The position numbers were made by a program, and so were the translations under genes. From assembly GCA_965205015.1 (NCBI GenBank), contig OZ242029.1, forward strand, positions 288,001 through 352,000: a DNA stretch of 64,000 nt, given 5' to 3'. The DNA is from Candidatus Poribacteria bacterium (lineage in GTDB: Bacteria; Poribacteria; WGA-4E; WGA-3G). Position 1 is the stretch's first letter, and each line of letters begins with the position of its first letter. Positions 39,625-49,653 of the stretch are shown piece after piece. Below the pieces are notes generated by a model that saw only the letters and a program-made list of their open reading frames with translations, was not told the origin of the DNA and did no database searches.

Positions 39625-40938
39625 TTATTCTTGACCAACTACAATCACATCCCATTCAGGATCAACAACTGCTTTCTTGCAACCATGCTCGCTTGTATAG
39701 ATGTTATCTATCCTCAATCTCAACGCTGTTTTCAATTCCCGCCCTCCAGACCTGGTGCTGTATGTGAAAGCGGTTGCTCCAGGTGTTAGATATTCAGATA
39801 ATCCTCCTTGCAAATCAGCACCAATAAGCAGTTGCAAAAACTCATCTCTTGCTTGTTGATTTGTGAAATTAGCGGTATACTCTCTTGCCCAAGACGCATA
39901 ACCTGATGTGCAATAGTATTTGAAATACTCATTTAGCCATAACTGCGTAGCTTCGTGATTCCAGGCATCGATCCCAGATTCTATACGCCAAATCCCGAAA
40001 TGCCCATGCTTTCTCATAGCATCAGATTCCATAAAATCTTCTTGTCCGCCATTCACATCTATAAGCTCTTGCCAGCGTGTATCTGGATCGTGGATTATAG
40101 GTGTCGGTTTTATAGCCTCTTTATTATACTCAATCAGAGCGGTTTCATCATCTCTATACCTTTGACTATCTTTGAACTTGCGACATTCTTCAGAGTCCTT
40201 ATCGGCAAGCGGATGATATGCGACTACCAACATAAGAATGTTAGCGATATTCTCATCTTCATAAGGTGCAGGTTTGTCTTCGAAATCAACCAGCTCTCCG
40301 CCACGCTTCATAAGAAGGTCTTTACCGTCAATTTGCACCCACATCATTGGTGTAGGTATTGTAACCTCACCTGTGTATGGGTTTTCAAACGGCTCATACG
40401 TGTAAGATGGGTATTTGCTATCGTCACGATAATCTGTAGGCACAGCATCAGTAAAGTTTCTTTCCAGTATCTTCCATCTCATATTACGATAATTTAGGTG
40501 ACTTCCAACTGCAGACGATCTGCCAACATGCTTAAAAGAATCTACCCATTGGCTATCTTCCATATCATCGAAATACTTTATCATCTTATATCTTTCATAG
40601 GGATCAGAGAACACGATGATATGCTCAAGATAGTTGAATGGATTACCATCTCTGCCTAATGGATTATATTTTTCATGTGAGGCTGCGTGCCACAAATCAA
40701 ACCTGCAATAATTTTCAAAGAACTGTGGCACAGTTTCATTCATAAATTGAGTTGTATCGTGCATCAACGCCTGTTCAAAAGTATCAAAAACTGGCAATTC
40801 CTTGCCATCTACAACGACAAAACTGGATGTCGGTTCTGTAAGTTCAGATACCAGAACAGGTTTTATCATCTGTCCTGTCTCATCACAACCTGCAAAAGCC
40901 AGTAGTAAAACAAGTAAAGTGAAAGTTCTCATAAACAT
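39625..40938 (-). CDS. Hypothetical lipoprotein
   Basis: Signal peptide with FAGC lipobox; 437 aa, no family recognised. Confidence 0.65.
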   Translation of the reverse strand: MFMRTFTLLVLLLAFAGCDETGQMIKPVLVSELTEPTSSFVVVDGKELPVFDTFEQALMHDTTQFMNETVPQFFENYCRFDLWHAASHEKYNPLGRDGNPFNYLEHIIVFSDPYERYKMIKYFDDMEDSQWVDSFKHVGRSSAVGSHLNYRNMRWKILERNFTDAVPTDYRDDSKYPSYTYEPFENPYTGEVTIPTPMMWVQIDGKDLLMKRGGELVDFEDKPAPYEDENIANILMLVVAYHPLADKDSEECRKFKDSQRYRDDETALIEYNKEAIKPTPIIHDPDTRWQELIDVNGGQEDFMESDAMRKHGHFGIWRIESGIDAWNHEATQLWLNEYFKYYCTSGYASWAREYTANFTNQQARDEFLQLLIGADLQGGLSEYLTPGATAFTYSTRSGGRELKTALRLRIDNIYTSEHGCKKAVVDPEWDVIVVGQE

Positions 40939-40962
40939 TAGATGTTCCCTTTTAGACTATAG

Positions 40963-41475
40963 TTAGTCCGCAGTAACTGTGATTTTTTCCTCTTTGTCGC
41001 CTGATTTGACATTCAGCTGCGCAGCTCCAGCATTCCAAGCGTTGATACTAATTGATCCTGCTCTTGGATTTTTGGCTTGGGAGTTGCTATCCACATGTAT
41101 TCCAGCTGATCCTTTTCGTGTAGATAGCATAATTTGACTTAGCACATCCCTGCCCAAAGCATCTTTGCCTCCGAAACCGCTAATCATGCTAATAGCTGCT
41201 TCGTCTGGACCTAATCCCACAGTTCCCAATTCCTCTGCTCCTTCAACTATGGATTTTTCACCACCAGCCTCTATCACAATCATAGCATTTGGAACTCTAC
41301 CGATCCAGATGATGTTTTCAACTCTCAATTCCTTACATTCAATAGTTTTGACATTCAACTCTGAAGGCGAATCTGAAGACGGAGTATCCTGTTTGTTGTT
41401 CTGTTGACTACCAGCGAGGAAAGCCAACACTGATAACACAGCACCAATAACAAAGAATACGATTTTATCTCTCAT
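40963..41475 (-). CDS. Hypothetical secreted/membrane protein
   Basis: N-terminal hydrophobic helix; IECKELRV beta-rich stretch. Confidence 0.6.
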   Translation of the reverse strand: MRDKIVFFVIGAVLSVLAFLAGSQQNNKQDTPSSDSPSELNVKTIECKELRVENIIWIGRVPNAMIVIEAGGEKSIVEGAEELGTVGLGPDEAAISMISGFGGKDALGRDVLSQIMLSTRKGSAGIHVDSNSQAKNPRAGSISINAWNAGAAQLNVKSGDKEEKITVTAD

Positions 41476-41630
41476 TATACACCTTTCTGTAATATTCCGC
41501 CCCTAGGCGTTCTTGGCAGCCGCCCGCTCTTATTGATAGCCTTCTTTTTCAATAACAACTTGCGATTTCTTTTTGATTGTAACTTCATATGTTCTTTAGC
41601 AGATCGGGAGTCGGTTTCATGCAAACGCAT
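41475..41630 (-). CDS. Small basic protein (51 aa), absent from ORF track
   Basis: AAAGGAGG RBS, ATG at 41630, TAATG overlap with next gene. Confidence 0.4.
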   Translation of the reverse strand: MRLHETDSRSAKEHMKLQSKRNRKLLLKKKAINKSGRLPRTPRGGILQKGV

Positions 41631-41714
41631 GATGACCTCCTTTGTGGTAGGAGGCGAAGAAGGCTCCCGATGCGTTAGCTAAACGCACACTTTCGCCATA
41701 AGCTCATAACCTTC

Positions 41715-42300
41715 TTATTCTACAACTCTAAAATGCCGGATTTCTTTTTTGTTGCCCCCAGATGAGGCTTGTTTGGTTTCCACTTCTACCCTGCCCATAC
41801 TCACCAGAGGGGTCAAAGCTTCCATGCATGCTTTTGACGATACGCCCATACCCCTGTAGATACTTCTAGCTTCCTGCGAACCTCTACCAGCAAGCCACTT
41901 GATTAGTTTCTTCTCATTCATATCAAACTTATCTTCGGAGAAGTTACTAAGTATGTGAGTTTGGCATTGTAGTACATAATCCGCCCACTCTATAGCAAAG
42001 CCAAGATGCTTGAGCGTTACCACTGGATTTGAAGTCTCTGGATCAAGTGATGCAAAAAGCATGGCAGACTTTCTGATGTGCTGATTCCGACCTTTCAGTA
42101 TCGCTTTTATATCATCTTTTTCTTCTGCACGCAAACTTGACCGATGCTGTTTATAGACCTTGGTAAGATTTGCTTTTGCCTCATCAGAGAACTTAAATAG
42201 CGTTTCCTCTGCGTATTGTTCCCGAATGTTGTCAAAATGCCTCATGACTTTGCCAACATGATTTTCTATGGGCAGTTCTGGGAATTTGATGTCTTTGGAA
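41715..42300 (-). pseudogene. 5'-truncated DUF3987-like (phage/plasmid primase-associated) protein with winged-helix C-terminus
   Basis: FKFSDEAK, IRKSAMLFA, VTLKHLGFAIEWADY; open frame extends to about 42300 without its own RBS/start. Confidence 0.5.
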
Positions 42301-42380
42301 AGCGAAAAAACACACCAGAGGTTGATTTTGATTTGGCATGATTACTCCTACATCCAAGTCTAACTGAGGCCGCGCTGTCT

Positions 42381-42617
42381 TTAAGGCAATTTGACCATAC
42401 AATTCAAAGGTTTATCCGGTAATTTCCCTTGTTCCTCACAAACTTTGAAGTAGTCCTCAAGGGATTTTTGCATTTCTTTCCTAAGTCGAATTATAGATGC
42501 CCCATAGAACGTGATTACATCTTGTGTATTAATCACAGTTCCATGAAAAAGGTCAATCCCTGGGTCGCAATCGACGATTCCAATACAACCTTTGTATTCA
42601 ATCGTGGTGTAATTCCC
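42381..42617 (-). pseudogene. hicB: HicB-family antitoxin fragment lacking a standard start codon; no hicA adjacent
   Basis: Manual translation TTIEYKGCIGIVDCDPGIDLFHGTVINTQDVITFYGASIIRLRKEMQKSLEDYFKVCEEQGKLPDKP. Confidence 0.75.
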
Positions 42618-42643
42618 CTACTTTGGAGAAATCAATGAAATCT

Positions 42644-45600
42644 TCATTTAAGCCGCTCTACGAGGTTTGTCAGTGGAAAGCCCTTTGCTTCCCATATAGG
42701 CCTTTTGACGAGGACTCCTGATTTACCTTCTTCAACTATTAATTGAAGGTCAGTGGTATCATCGTCGATAATGCCATCCCGCATTTTTTTTAGCTTGTCA
42801 AGTTTTTTGTACAATGGTTTTACGCGGTCACCAATATCTTCTATAAACAACATCTTCTTCCTAACGTTTTCTGGAGTAGCGTCTTCCTGTCCGAGTGGAA
42901 CGACGCAGAGCAGATATTCTTTGCCATGTTTTACAGCCTCTTGTGCTTGTGGGAAACTCATACGAATGCCCTGATGGTTGTCTTCAGTTCGTGTGGTTTT
43001 CACCTCAACTCGCCAAGTTTTACTAGAGTTATTTTGAACAACCTCGAGTTCTGTTATGTGGCCGGTCATGTCAAAATCCCACCCTCTGTGGTTAGATTTC
43101 ACCTTGAATTTTTTCTCATCCAATATCTGGCCTACCATTTCTTCCACCAATAATCCTAAACTTTTGTTCGCTTGGATAGTGAGATCCTGACCCTTTTTCT
43201 TTTCATATTCCTCTAGGAATTTTTTGTCTTGAACGGCCTCATTTACCAAAGGTAGATTGTCACCGACTGTATCCAGTATCTGTTCAATTTGGTGACGCTT
43301 TTCATTGTCCTCCATGTGACGCGCTAACTGAGGGCTTTCAGATAACGTTGAGGCAATGTTAATTACCTTATCTGATATGAATAATCGTTTTAAGGCAGAC
43401 GGATCCACATTTATCGCTTTCAGGAGTTCACCAATGTCAGGATTTTGGTTCAGAGAGCTCATATCCCATCTATCCCGAAGCAGATTAGCCAAAGATGAAG
43501 GTTCTGCGGGGAAATGAGGGTCTCCAAGTCGAATCCATTTGTTACTTCGCACCGCTTTCAGCCATTTTGCTGAATAGTATTTATGAGTTTTGCGGCAAAC
43601 GCTGCACATTACCTCCTTTTCTTCGAAACCTAGACGATCCTCTTTAATCAGATATTCGGTGAGAAATCTCCAGAATAGGTAAGAATTGTCCCGGTTACTG
43701 CGGGCGTTACGCATGATTTCGTTCCATTCTAAAACATCTGTAGTGGGGAAAGGGGTATTAGCTTCATGGTCTTTTTTATCATCCTCATTCTCATACACTT
43801 CTGGGGAAAAAAACTTGAAGTCATCTGACTCACCGTCTATGATTACCCTTTCTGATTTAATAAGGTGTCGGTTGTCAAGTTCTTTCCATGCGTCTGGTTT
43901 GAGCACAACTTCAAAGAAAGCGTCCGCCAATATACGCTCGGCTGGAAAAAGATCAGAGAAAGGTTTCAGATTTTCTGTCCAGGCACAGAAAGGTGCCAAT
44001 GGCGGTCTGTTCGTATGAGCACTCGGTAGATGAAGAATAGATAAACTGTTAGATTTGATATCGTCTGTGAATACAGGAAAACCCCGTAAACGATCCCAGT
44101 CCTCTTGATTGACTATCCAGCCAAAGAGTCGTGTACTCGCTACCTTGAAGTTGTCGTCTGTATTCTCGTCAGCGCGGTCCCGGAGTTTTTGGCGGAGCGT
44201 GTCAACGACCTCGTTGCCATCCATATCGCCGTATCCATTTTCGTCGGTTAATGAAGTAAGTCGAATATCACGAAGTTTCTGTCGGACCGGCCAATTAAGC
44301 ATCTCTGCAATTTCTTTTAGTTCTTTGTCTATTCCCAGATCTCGATGCAGAGCAGGTAACTTGTCAAGGAAACCTGATTGGTCAACGACAATATAATGTT
44401 CACGTACTGCCTCACGTAATTCGTTTTCATTCAAGAAGTAATGTAACTGATTCAACCATTCAACTGCAGAAACACCCTCCCGAAGTAAGTTTTGGAGGTC
44501 TTCAATCTTGCCGTAAGTGTTATTTTTACGAGTATTTGCCTCAATGGAAGATGCCAATTTCACACCATCCACTACTTCACTGAGCAAAGACATTGGTTCG
44601 TCTTGGTGCACATCTGCCCAACCTTTGACAACATTACACCATCCTGTTGCTTCTTCTCGCCTCGGCAAAATTTTACGTAGTCCCTTCATGCTTTCTAACA
44701 AATCCCAAAGAGCAAGTACACTGGTTTCACTCTCTGCCAATGGCAGTTTAGCCTTTTCTAGTTGCGTGGGATTGTCATCCGGATTGAGTACCGTGGGTGT
44801 TTGGTAAATTTTTTCAATTAGATTTTCTCTAAGGCATGTTCTAAGCCATTCTGTATTAAGCCAATCCTTGTTCTGGATAGCAGCTACTTCCATCCACTGG
44901 TGCACATGATGCCAACCCTTTGATGAAGCAAACTGGAGTAGTCTAACAAGCAATCCACATGCTTCTTTAATAATGACTTGATTGTTACGATTTGCCTCGT
45001 TATCGCTTTGTCCTAGATACACACCATCGCGGTCCTCTGTTGGCTTAAAATCCCAATTATTGATGACAGCAGGGAAACTAAAAGTTTCTGTACCCACCAA
45101 AGGAAAAGCAGAGAATAGGCGAGGAGTTTCCTCAAGAGGAGTTTCCTCAATTGGTAGACATACCAATCTGTCCCCATCCGATTCAAAAGGGACAGTGACA
45201 GAAGTTTTTTTGTCACCTTCTGCCAGAAGATATTTTCTTTCTTTTAAATTGCCATCTTTGCTTTCCACCACGGTGATTTGCTGAGTTCCAAGTTCATCCA
45301 AAGGTAGACGTTCAACGACTTCAAAATACAGCATTTCGTCGTGATCTTCGATGTCAATACGGACGAATTTTTCATTGAAGGCAACAACATACGAGACACA
45401 TTGTTTTAGTGCTGCGATTCCTGCCTCGGCTGCTTTTATTCCTTTATCCTCAGTAATAGGGTACCTGAAGCATGTGGTAAAGGGGCTAGGCATCGGGACT
45501 GCCAGAGATAAGGAAGGATTGAAATCTTTCCACGCTTGGTTCATTGACGCACGAAGTGTTTCGACTGATTCAGGTTTACGCTTGAGGCGGAAATCAAACC

Positions 45601-45994
45601 ATTGCCCATCGTCAAGTTGGCCTGAAACATCTATTTCCGACGACAATAGGTGCGTTGTAAGAAAACCACTACCGTATTGTCCCTTTGTTTCTTCATCTTC
45701 AACTTTCGTTGAACCATGAAAAATGAGGCGTTGTATCTGTTCCTTTTCAAATCCACTCCCATTGTGCAAAAAGACGAGTTCCTCGGGGCTATATTTAATA
45801 GAAACAATAAGGTTTTTATCGTATATTGTTGAAGCATCATGTGCATTCTGCAACAGTTCCCAGATCCACCGCGTATGTCTGTTTTTGCGATTATCTTCCA
45901 AGGCAGTGAGGTACTTGTGAACTGCTTGTGCTACGGTTACAGTGAACCCATCGTCTTTAATTTTAGCTTTCTCTTTTTCCCATTGGTTTGTCAT
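42644..45994 (-). CDS. Sacsin-like GHKL ATPase with C-terminal DUF3883 (NO VEIN) PD-(D/E)XK nuclease
   Basis: WELLQNAHDA, HNGSGF, GQYGSGFLTTHLLS; C-terminal GLLVEE..GWDF..VEVKTT..MSFPQ..YLLCVV. Confidence 0.8.
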   Translation of the reverse strand: MTNQWEKEKAKIKDDGFTVTVAQAVHKYLTALEDNRKNRHTRWIWELLQNAHDASTIYDKNLIVSIKYSPEELVFLHNGSGFEKEQIQRLIFHGSTKVEDEETKGQYGSGFLTTHLLSSEIDVSGQLDDGQWFDFRLKRKPESVETLRASMNQAWKDFNPSLSLAVPMPSPFTTCFRYPITEDKGIKAAEAGIAALKQCVSYVVAFNEKFVRIDIEDHDEMLYFEVVERLPLDELGTQQITVVESKDGNLKERKYLLAEGDKKTSVTVPFESDGDRLVCLPIEETPLEETPRLFSAFPLVGTETFSFPAVINNWDFKPTEDRDGVYLGQSDNEANRNNQVIIKEACGLLVRLLQFASSKGWHHVHQWMEVAAIQNKDWLNTEWLRTCLRENLIEKIYQTPTVLNPDDNPTQLEKAKLPLAESETSVLALWDLLESMKGLRKILPRREEATGWCNVVKGWADVHQDEPMSLLSEVVDGVKLASSIEANTRKNNTYGKIEDLQNLLREGVSAVEWLNQLHYFLNENELREAVREHYIVVDQSGFLDKLPALHRDLGIDKELKEIAEMLNWPVRQKLRDIRLTSLTDENGYGDMDGNEVVDTLRQKLRDRADENTDDNFKVASTRLFGWIVNQEDWDRLRGFPVFTDDIKSNSLSILHLPSAHTNRPPLAPFCAWTENLKPFSDLFPAERILADAFFEVVLKPDAWKELDNRHLIKSERVIIDGESDDFKFFSPEVYENEDDKKDHEANTPFPTTDVLEWNEIMRNARSNRDNSYLFWRFLTEYLIKEDRLGFEEKEVMCSVCRKTHKYYSAKWLKAVRSNKWIRLGDPHFPAEPSSLANLLRDRWDMSSLNQNPDIGELLKAINVDPSALKRLFISDKVINIASTLSESPQLARHMEDNEKRHQIEQILDTVGDNLPLVNEAVQDKKFLEEYEKKKGQDLTIQANKSLGLLVEEMVGQILDEKKFKVKSNHRGWDFDMTGHITELEVVQNNSSKTWRVEVKTTRTEDNHQGIRMSFPQAQEAVKHGKEYLLCVVPLGQEDATPENVRKKMLFIEDIGDRVKPLYKKLDKLKKMRDGIIDDDTTDLQLIVEEGKSGVLVKRPIWEAKGFPLTNLVERLK

Positions 45995-46025
45995 AGTGAT
46001 TCCTTTCTATGAAAATTTACAAGAA

Positions 46026-46054
46026 GCGGGTGGATGTGAATAGCATCCACCCGT
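46026..46054 (-). terminator. Probable intrinsic terminator
   Basis: gcgggtggatg-tgaatag-catccacccgt hairpin after the dehydrogenase stop. Confidence 0.55.
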
Positions 46055-46089
46055 ATGAATTCCATACATGGCTTACTAAATATGGACTT

Positions 46090-47040
46090 CTAAAAACCGA
46101 GTTGCTTGTTCACAATGTTTCGCAACTCCTCACCTTTCAGATACCGTTCTAAGTTATCCAAGAAGAATGAGGTAATACGACGCATGCGGTGCTGTGAACC
46201 CCCCGCAGAATGCGGCGATATGATAACATTGTCAAAATCCCACAACGGACTGTCTTCCTGGAGCGGTTCAACCTCAGTGACATCTAAACCCGCCGCCGCA
46301 ATTGTGCCGGCACGCAGAATCTCAATCAGATCCGGTTCATTGACAATCGGACCGCGAGCGACGTTGATAAAGAACGCTGTCGGCTGCATCACGGATAGGT
46401 TGTCTTTATTGATAAGCCCCCGTGTCTCCTCCGTCAACGGACACGCAATCATAACGACGTCCACTTGACTCATCATATTCGAGAGCTGATCCAGTGGCAT
46501 CAGTTCATCAACGGTGTCGGGTTTATCGGTGCGGTAGGCATCGACAGCCATCACGTGCATATCAAAACCCTTTGCGCGTTTCGCCATCTCCATTCCGATA
46601 CCGCCCATCCCAACGATACCGATCTTGAATCCGTCGATCTCAATCATCGGCATTGTTCTGGCACCGCCCCATTGATGCTTGTCCTGATTCCGAACGGATT
46701 CGTGGATACCGCGCGCCAAACCGAGCAACAGGGCAAACGCTTGGTCTGCGACGTGTTTCGCGTACAGTCCTGCGGCGTTCGTCAAGATCACATCACTTTC
46801 ACGGAGGGCGGGGTACATGTGTCGGTCCATACCTGCACTGGAAGATTGAACCCATTTGATATTGGGTAGATGCGGAAAAAGGTCCTCGCTGCAGTACCCG
46901 TAAAAGACTTCAGCATCTTTACCCGCTTCAATAAGTTCCTCGCGTGAACCTGGGATAACAAAGGTATGCTCGTCCCCGACGATGCTCTCCAATCTCTGGA
47001 GCAGTTCACCTTCAACACGTCCTTGAAGTAGAATTTTCAT
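46090..47040 (-). CDS. D-2-hydroxyacid dehydrogenase
   Basis: GMGGIG, INVARG, LDVTEVEPL, SPH. Confidence 0.9.
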   Translation of the reverse strand: MKILLQGRVEGELLQRLESIVGDEHTFVIPGSREELIEAGKDAEVFYGYCSEDLFPHLPNIKWVQSSSAGMDRHMYPALRESDVILTNAAGLYAKHVADQAFALLLGLARGIHESVRNQDKHQWGGARTMPMIEIDGFKIGIVGMGGIGMEMAKRAKGFDMHVMAVDAYRTDKPDTVDELMPLDQLSNMMSQVDVVMIACPLTEETRGLINKDNLSVMQPTAFFINVARGPIVNEPDLIEILRAGTIAAAGLDVTEVEPLQEDSPLWDFDNVIISPHSAGGSQHRMRRITSFFLDNLERYLKGEELRNIVNKQLGF

Positions 47041-47154
47041 ATACTAAAGTGTCCTTTCATCTAACATAGGTAATTGGAAGCGTGGAAGAATGGAAGGGGT
47101 AAGGGAGGACAGTTCCTTCCAAACTTCCCTCCTTCTTCCATCCTACTTTCTTTT

Positions 47155-48051
47155 TTATGCCCACGGCGGTGTTTCCGGCAACAATTCCTGAAATTTGTCA
47201 ATCAACGCGTCCTCATAAGCACCCGCGTATTGTCCGTCAAAGAATTTATCCATCGCCTCGTCAAGGAAGAGTTGCCACGATGCGTCCTCAGAACCCGGAT
47301 TGACGGGGAAGAACAACGCCCCGACATCTCTCGCCGCCTTCAGGTCGCCCGGGGAATCACCGAGCATCAAGACATGGTTTTCGGGATACCTGTCTTTTGT
47401 CGTTATTGTGAGATGCTCCGTCTTCGTTCCCATCTCCTGTCCGGCGATCAGTGCGACATAGGCATCAATCTCGTGTTCAGCCCATTCCCGTATGAGTGCT
47501 TCATCCGGCGTAGCGGAAACGACGATGACATCCGATTTGCCCTGAAGCCGTTGCAGTGTCTCGCGTACCCCAGGAAAGGGAGGGAGGTTGTAGACAATCT
47601 CAGCGACACTCTCGTTCACCCCGAGACTCCATTCCATCACTTGGCGCAATTCGTCAAGCCGTTCCCCTATTGCGCTGTCAATTGCGGCTTGCAGTGCGGG
47701 GTTACCGAGTTTCGTCTCCGTTTCCGACCATTCTTGGAGGTGAGACAATGCTGGCACCGCAACTCCCATCTTTTGCACGAGTGGCATCTCGCGCAAGAAA
47801 TCGCAGACCAGCAGGATCGCTTTAAACCGATTCGTGCCACGCGTCTTTGAATAGAGATTCACAAAATCCCACGCCTGATGCACTTGTCGTGAGATAGATG
47901 CCAAGCCGAAATGTTTGACGAGGTTCACACTGAAACAGTCGTTGTGTTTGACCTCCATGCTATTGAAAACGCAACCGTCAGAGTCGATCCCGACGAAAAA
48001 TTCGTGTTGCGGTTGAAAATCGTATAATGCTTGTTGTGGTCCTTGCGTCAT
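47155..48051 (-). CDS. HAD-superfamily hydrolase
   Basis: DSDGC, VSAT, GDSPGD. Confidence 0.85.
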   Translation of the reverse strand: MTQGPQQALYDFQPQHEFFVGIDSDGCVFNSMEVKHNDCFSVNLVKHFGLASISRQVHQAWDFVNLYSKTRGTNRFKAILLVCDFLREMPLVQKMGVAVPALSHLQEWSETETKLGNPALQAAIDSAIGERLDELRQVMEWSLGVNESVAEIVYNLPPFPGVRETLQRLQGKSDVIVVSATPDEALIREWAEHEIDAYVALIAGQEMGTKTEHLTITTKDRYPENHVLMLGDSPGDLKAARDVGALFFPVNPGSEDASWQLFLDEAMDKFFDGQYAGAYEDALIDKFQELLPETPPWA

Positions 48052-48060
48052 AAATTCTCC

Positions 48061-49524
48061 TTAATCAACAATAACCTCTGGTCGTCCTTCGAGCATCCAT
48101 TCGGTATGGAACACCGTCGGTTCTCCATCATTTCCGAGGATCGTGTTGCCATCTGCATCGAGTTTATGGTAGGTGTGCGCGCCGAAATAGTCACGCATCG
48201 CCTGAATCAGATTCGCAGAAAGTCTGCCGCTCCGGTAACTGTCGAAATAGGCTAAAGCGGAACTGAATGCCGGGATAGGAACACCGAGTTGCGTGGCTGT
48301 GCCGATAACACTTCGCCAGTTGGGTTGCGCCGTTTCAAGCACATCTCGGAAGTAGGAATCCAGCATGAGGTTCGGCAGTTCAGGATTTCGCTCGAACGCC
48401 TCTGCGATCCGATGCAGGAACTTCGCCCGAATGATACACCCGCCACGCCAACCGAGACTGATGGTGCCAAGGTCCAAATCCCATCCAAACTCTTCGCTTG
48501 CCTCCCGCATTAAGGCGAACCCTTGGGCATAAGAGCAGATCTTCGCGGCGTAAAGCGCGTCGTGAATCGCCTTGAGTGCCTCGTCCCGATCGCCTTGATA
48601 GGTGCCACCCGGTCCCTGGATAACCCGTTCTGCCGCAACACGTTCGCTCTTAACGGCGGAGATACAGCGTGCAAAAACCGCCTCTGCGATCGTCGGTGCG
48701 GAGATACCGAGATCCAGTGCCGAGATACTCGTCCATTTGCCGGTGCCCTTCTGTCCCGCCTGGTCCAGCACGACATCGACGAAAGGCGTGCCACTCTTAT
48801 CGAGTTGTGTGAAGATGTCAGCCGTAATTTCGATGAGGTAAGAATTTAATTCGCCGCCATTCCATTCGTTGAAAACTGCGTGCATCTCGTCGGCATCCAT
48901 GCCCAAGACCGCTTTCATCAGGGAGTAGGCTTCACATATCAGCTGCATGTCGCCATATTCAATGCCGTTATGCACCATCTTGACGTAATGCCCCGCGCCA
49001 TCGGGTCCGATATAGGAACAACACGGCGTACCTTCTACCTGCGCCGCAATTTTCGTAAAGATCGGCTCCACGAGTGCGTAAGCCTCGGCTGAACCACCCG
49101 GCATCATCGCCGGTCCCTTGAGGGCACCCTCTTCGCCCCCAGAGATACCCGTGCCGATAAACAGAATGTCCAGCTCAGCCAACTCTGCATGCCGACGGAC
49201 AGTGTCGTTGAAATTGGAGTTCCCGCCATCAATAATGAGGTCGCCCTTTGAGAGATGCGGGACCAACTGCCCAATAAACGCATCAACGGGTTCGCCTGCT
49301 TTCACCATCAAGATAATTTTTCGAGGGTTGTCTAATTTCTCAATGAATTCTGGGATGGAATGTGCGCCAGTGATATTTTTGCCGTTTGCTGCACCTGCGA
49401 TGAAATTGTCAACGCGTGAGACAGTGCGGTTAAAGACCGCTACTTCAAACCCTTTGCTTTCCATATTCAGTGCGAGGTTTTCGCCCATCACTGCTAATCC
49501 GATGAGTCCAATATCTGCCGCCAA
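48061..49524 (-). CDS. gndA: NADP-dependent 6-phosphogluconate dehydrogenase (decarboxylating)
   Basis: GLAVMGENL, KMVHNGIEYGDMQ, QKGTGKW, RDYFGAHTY. Confidence 0.97.
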   Translation of the reverse strand: MAADIGLIGLAVMGENLALNMESKGFEVAVFNRTVSRVDNFIAGAANGKNITGAHSIPEFIEKLDNPRKIILMVKAGEPVDAFIGQLVPHLSKGDLIIDGGNSNFNDTVRRHAELAELDILFIGTGISGGEEGALKGPAMMPGGSAEAYALVEPIFTKIAAQVEGTPCCSYIGPDGAGHYVKMVHNGIEYGDMQLICEAYSLMKAVLGMDADEMHAVFNEWNGGELNSYLIEITADIFTQLDKSGTPFVDVVLDQAGQKGTGKWTSISALDLGISAPTIAEAVFARCISAVKSERVAAERVIQGPGGTYQGDRDEALKAIHDALYAAKICSYAQGFALMREASEEFGWDLDLGTISLGWRGGCIIRAKFLHRIAEAFERNPELPNLMLDSYFRDVLETAQPNWRSVIGTATQLGVPIPAFSSALAYFDSYRSGRLSANLIQAMRDYFGAHTYHKLDADGNTILGNDGEPTVFHTEWMLEGRPEVIVD

Positions 49525-49653
49525 ATCTGTTTCCTCCTAATAGTAGTGTGTATTTTGCATATCATACATTACAGAAAACAACGATGTCAACAGAAAAATG
49601 AAAGATTGTAGAATGGAATTTGGAGGAAAATAGAATCTCCGTCTATAGGCGAA

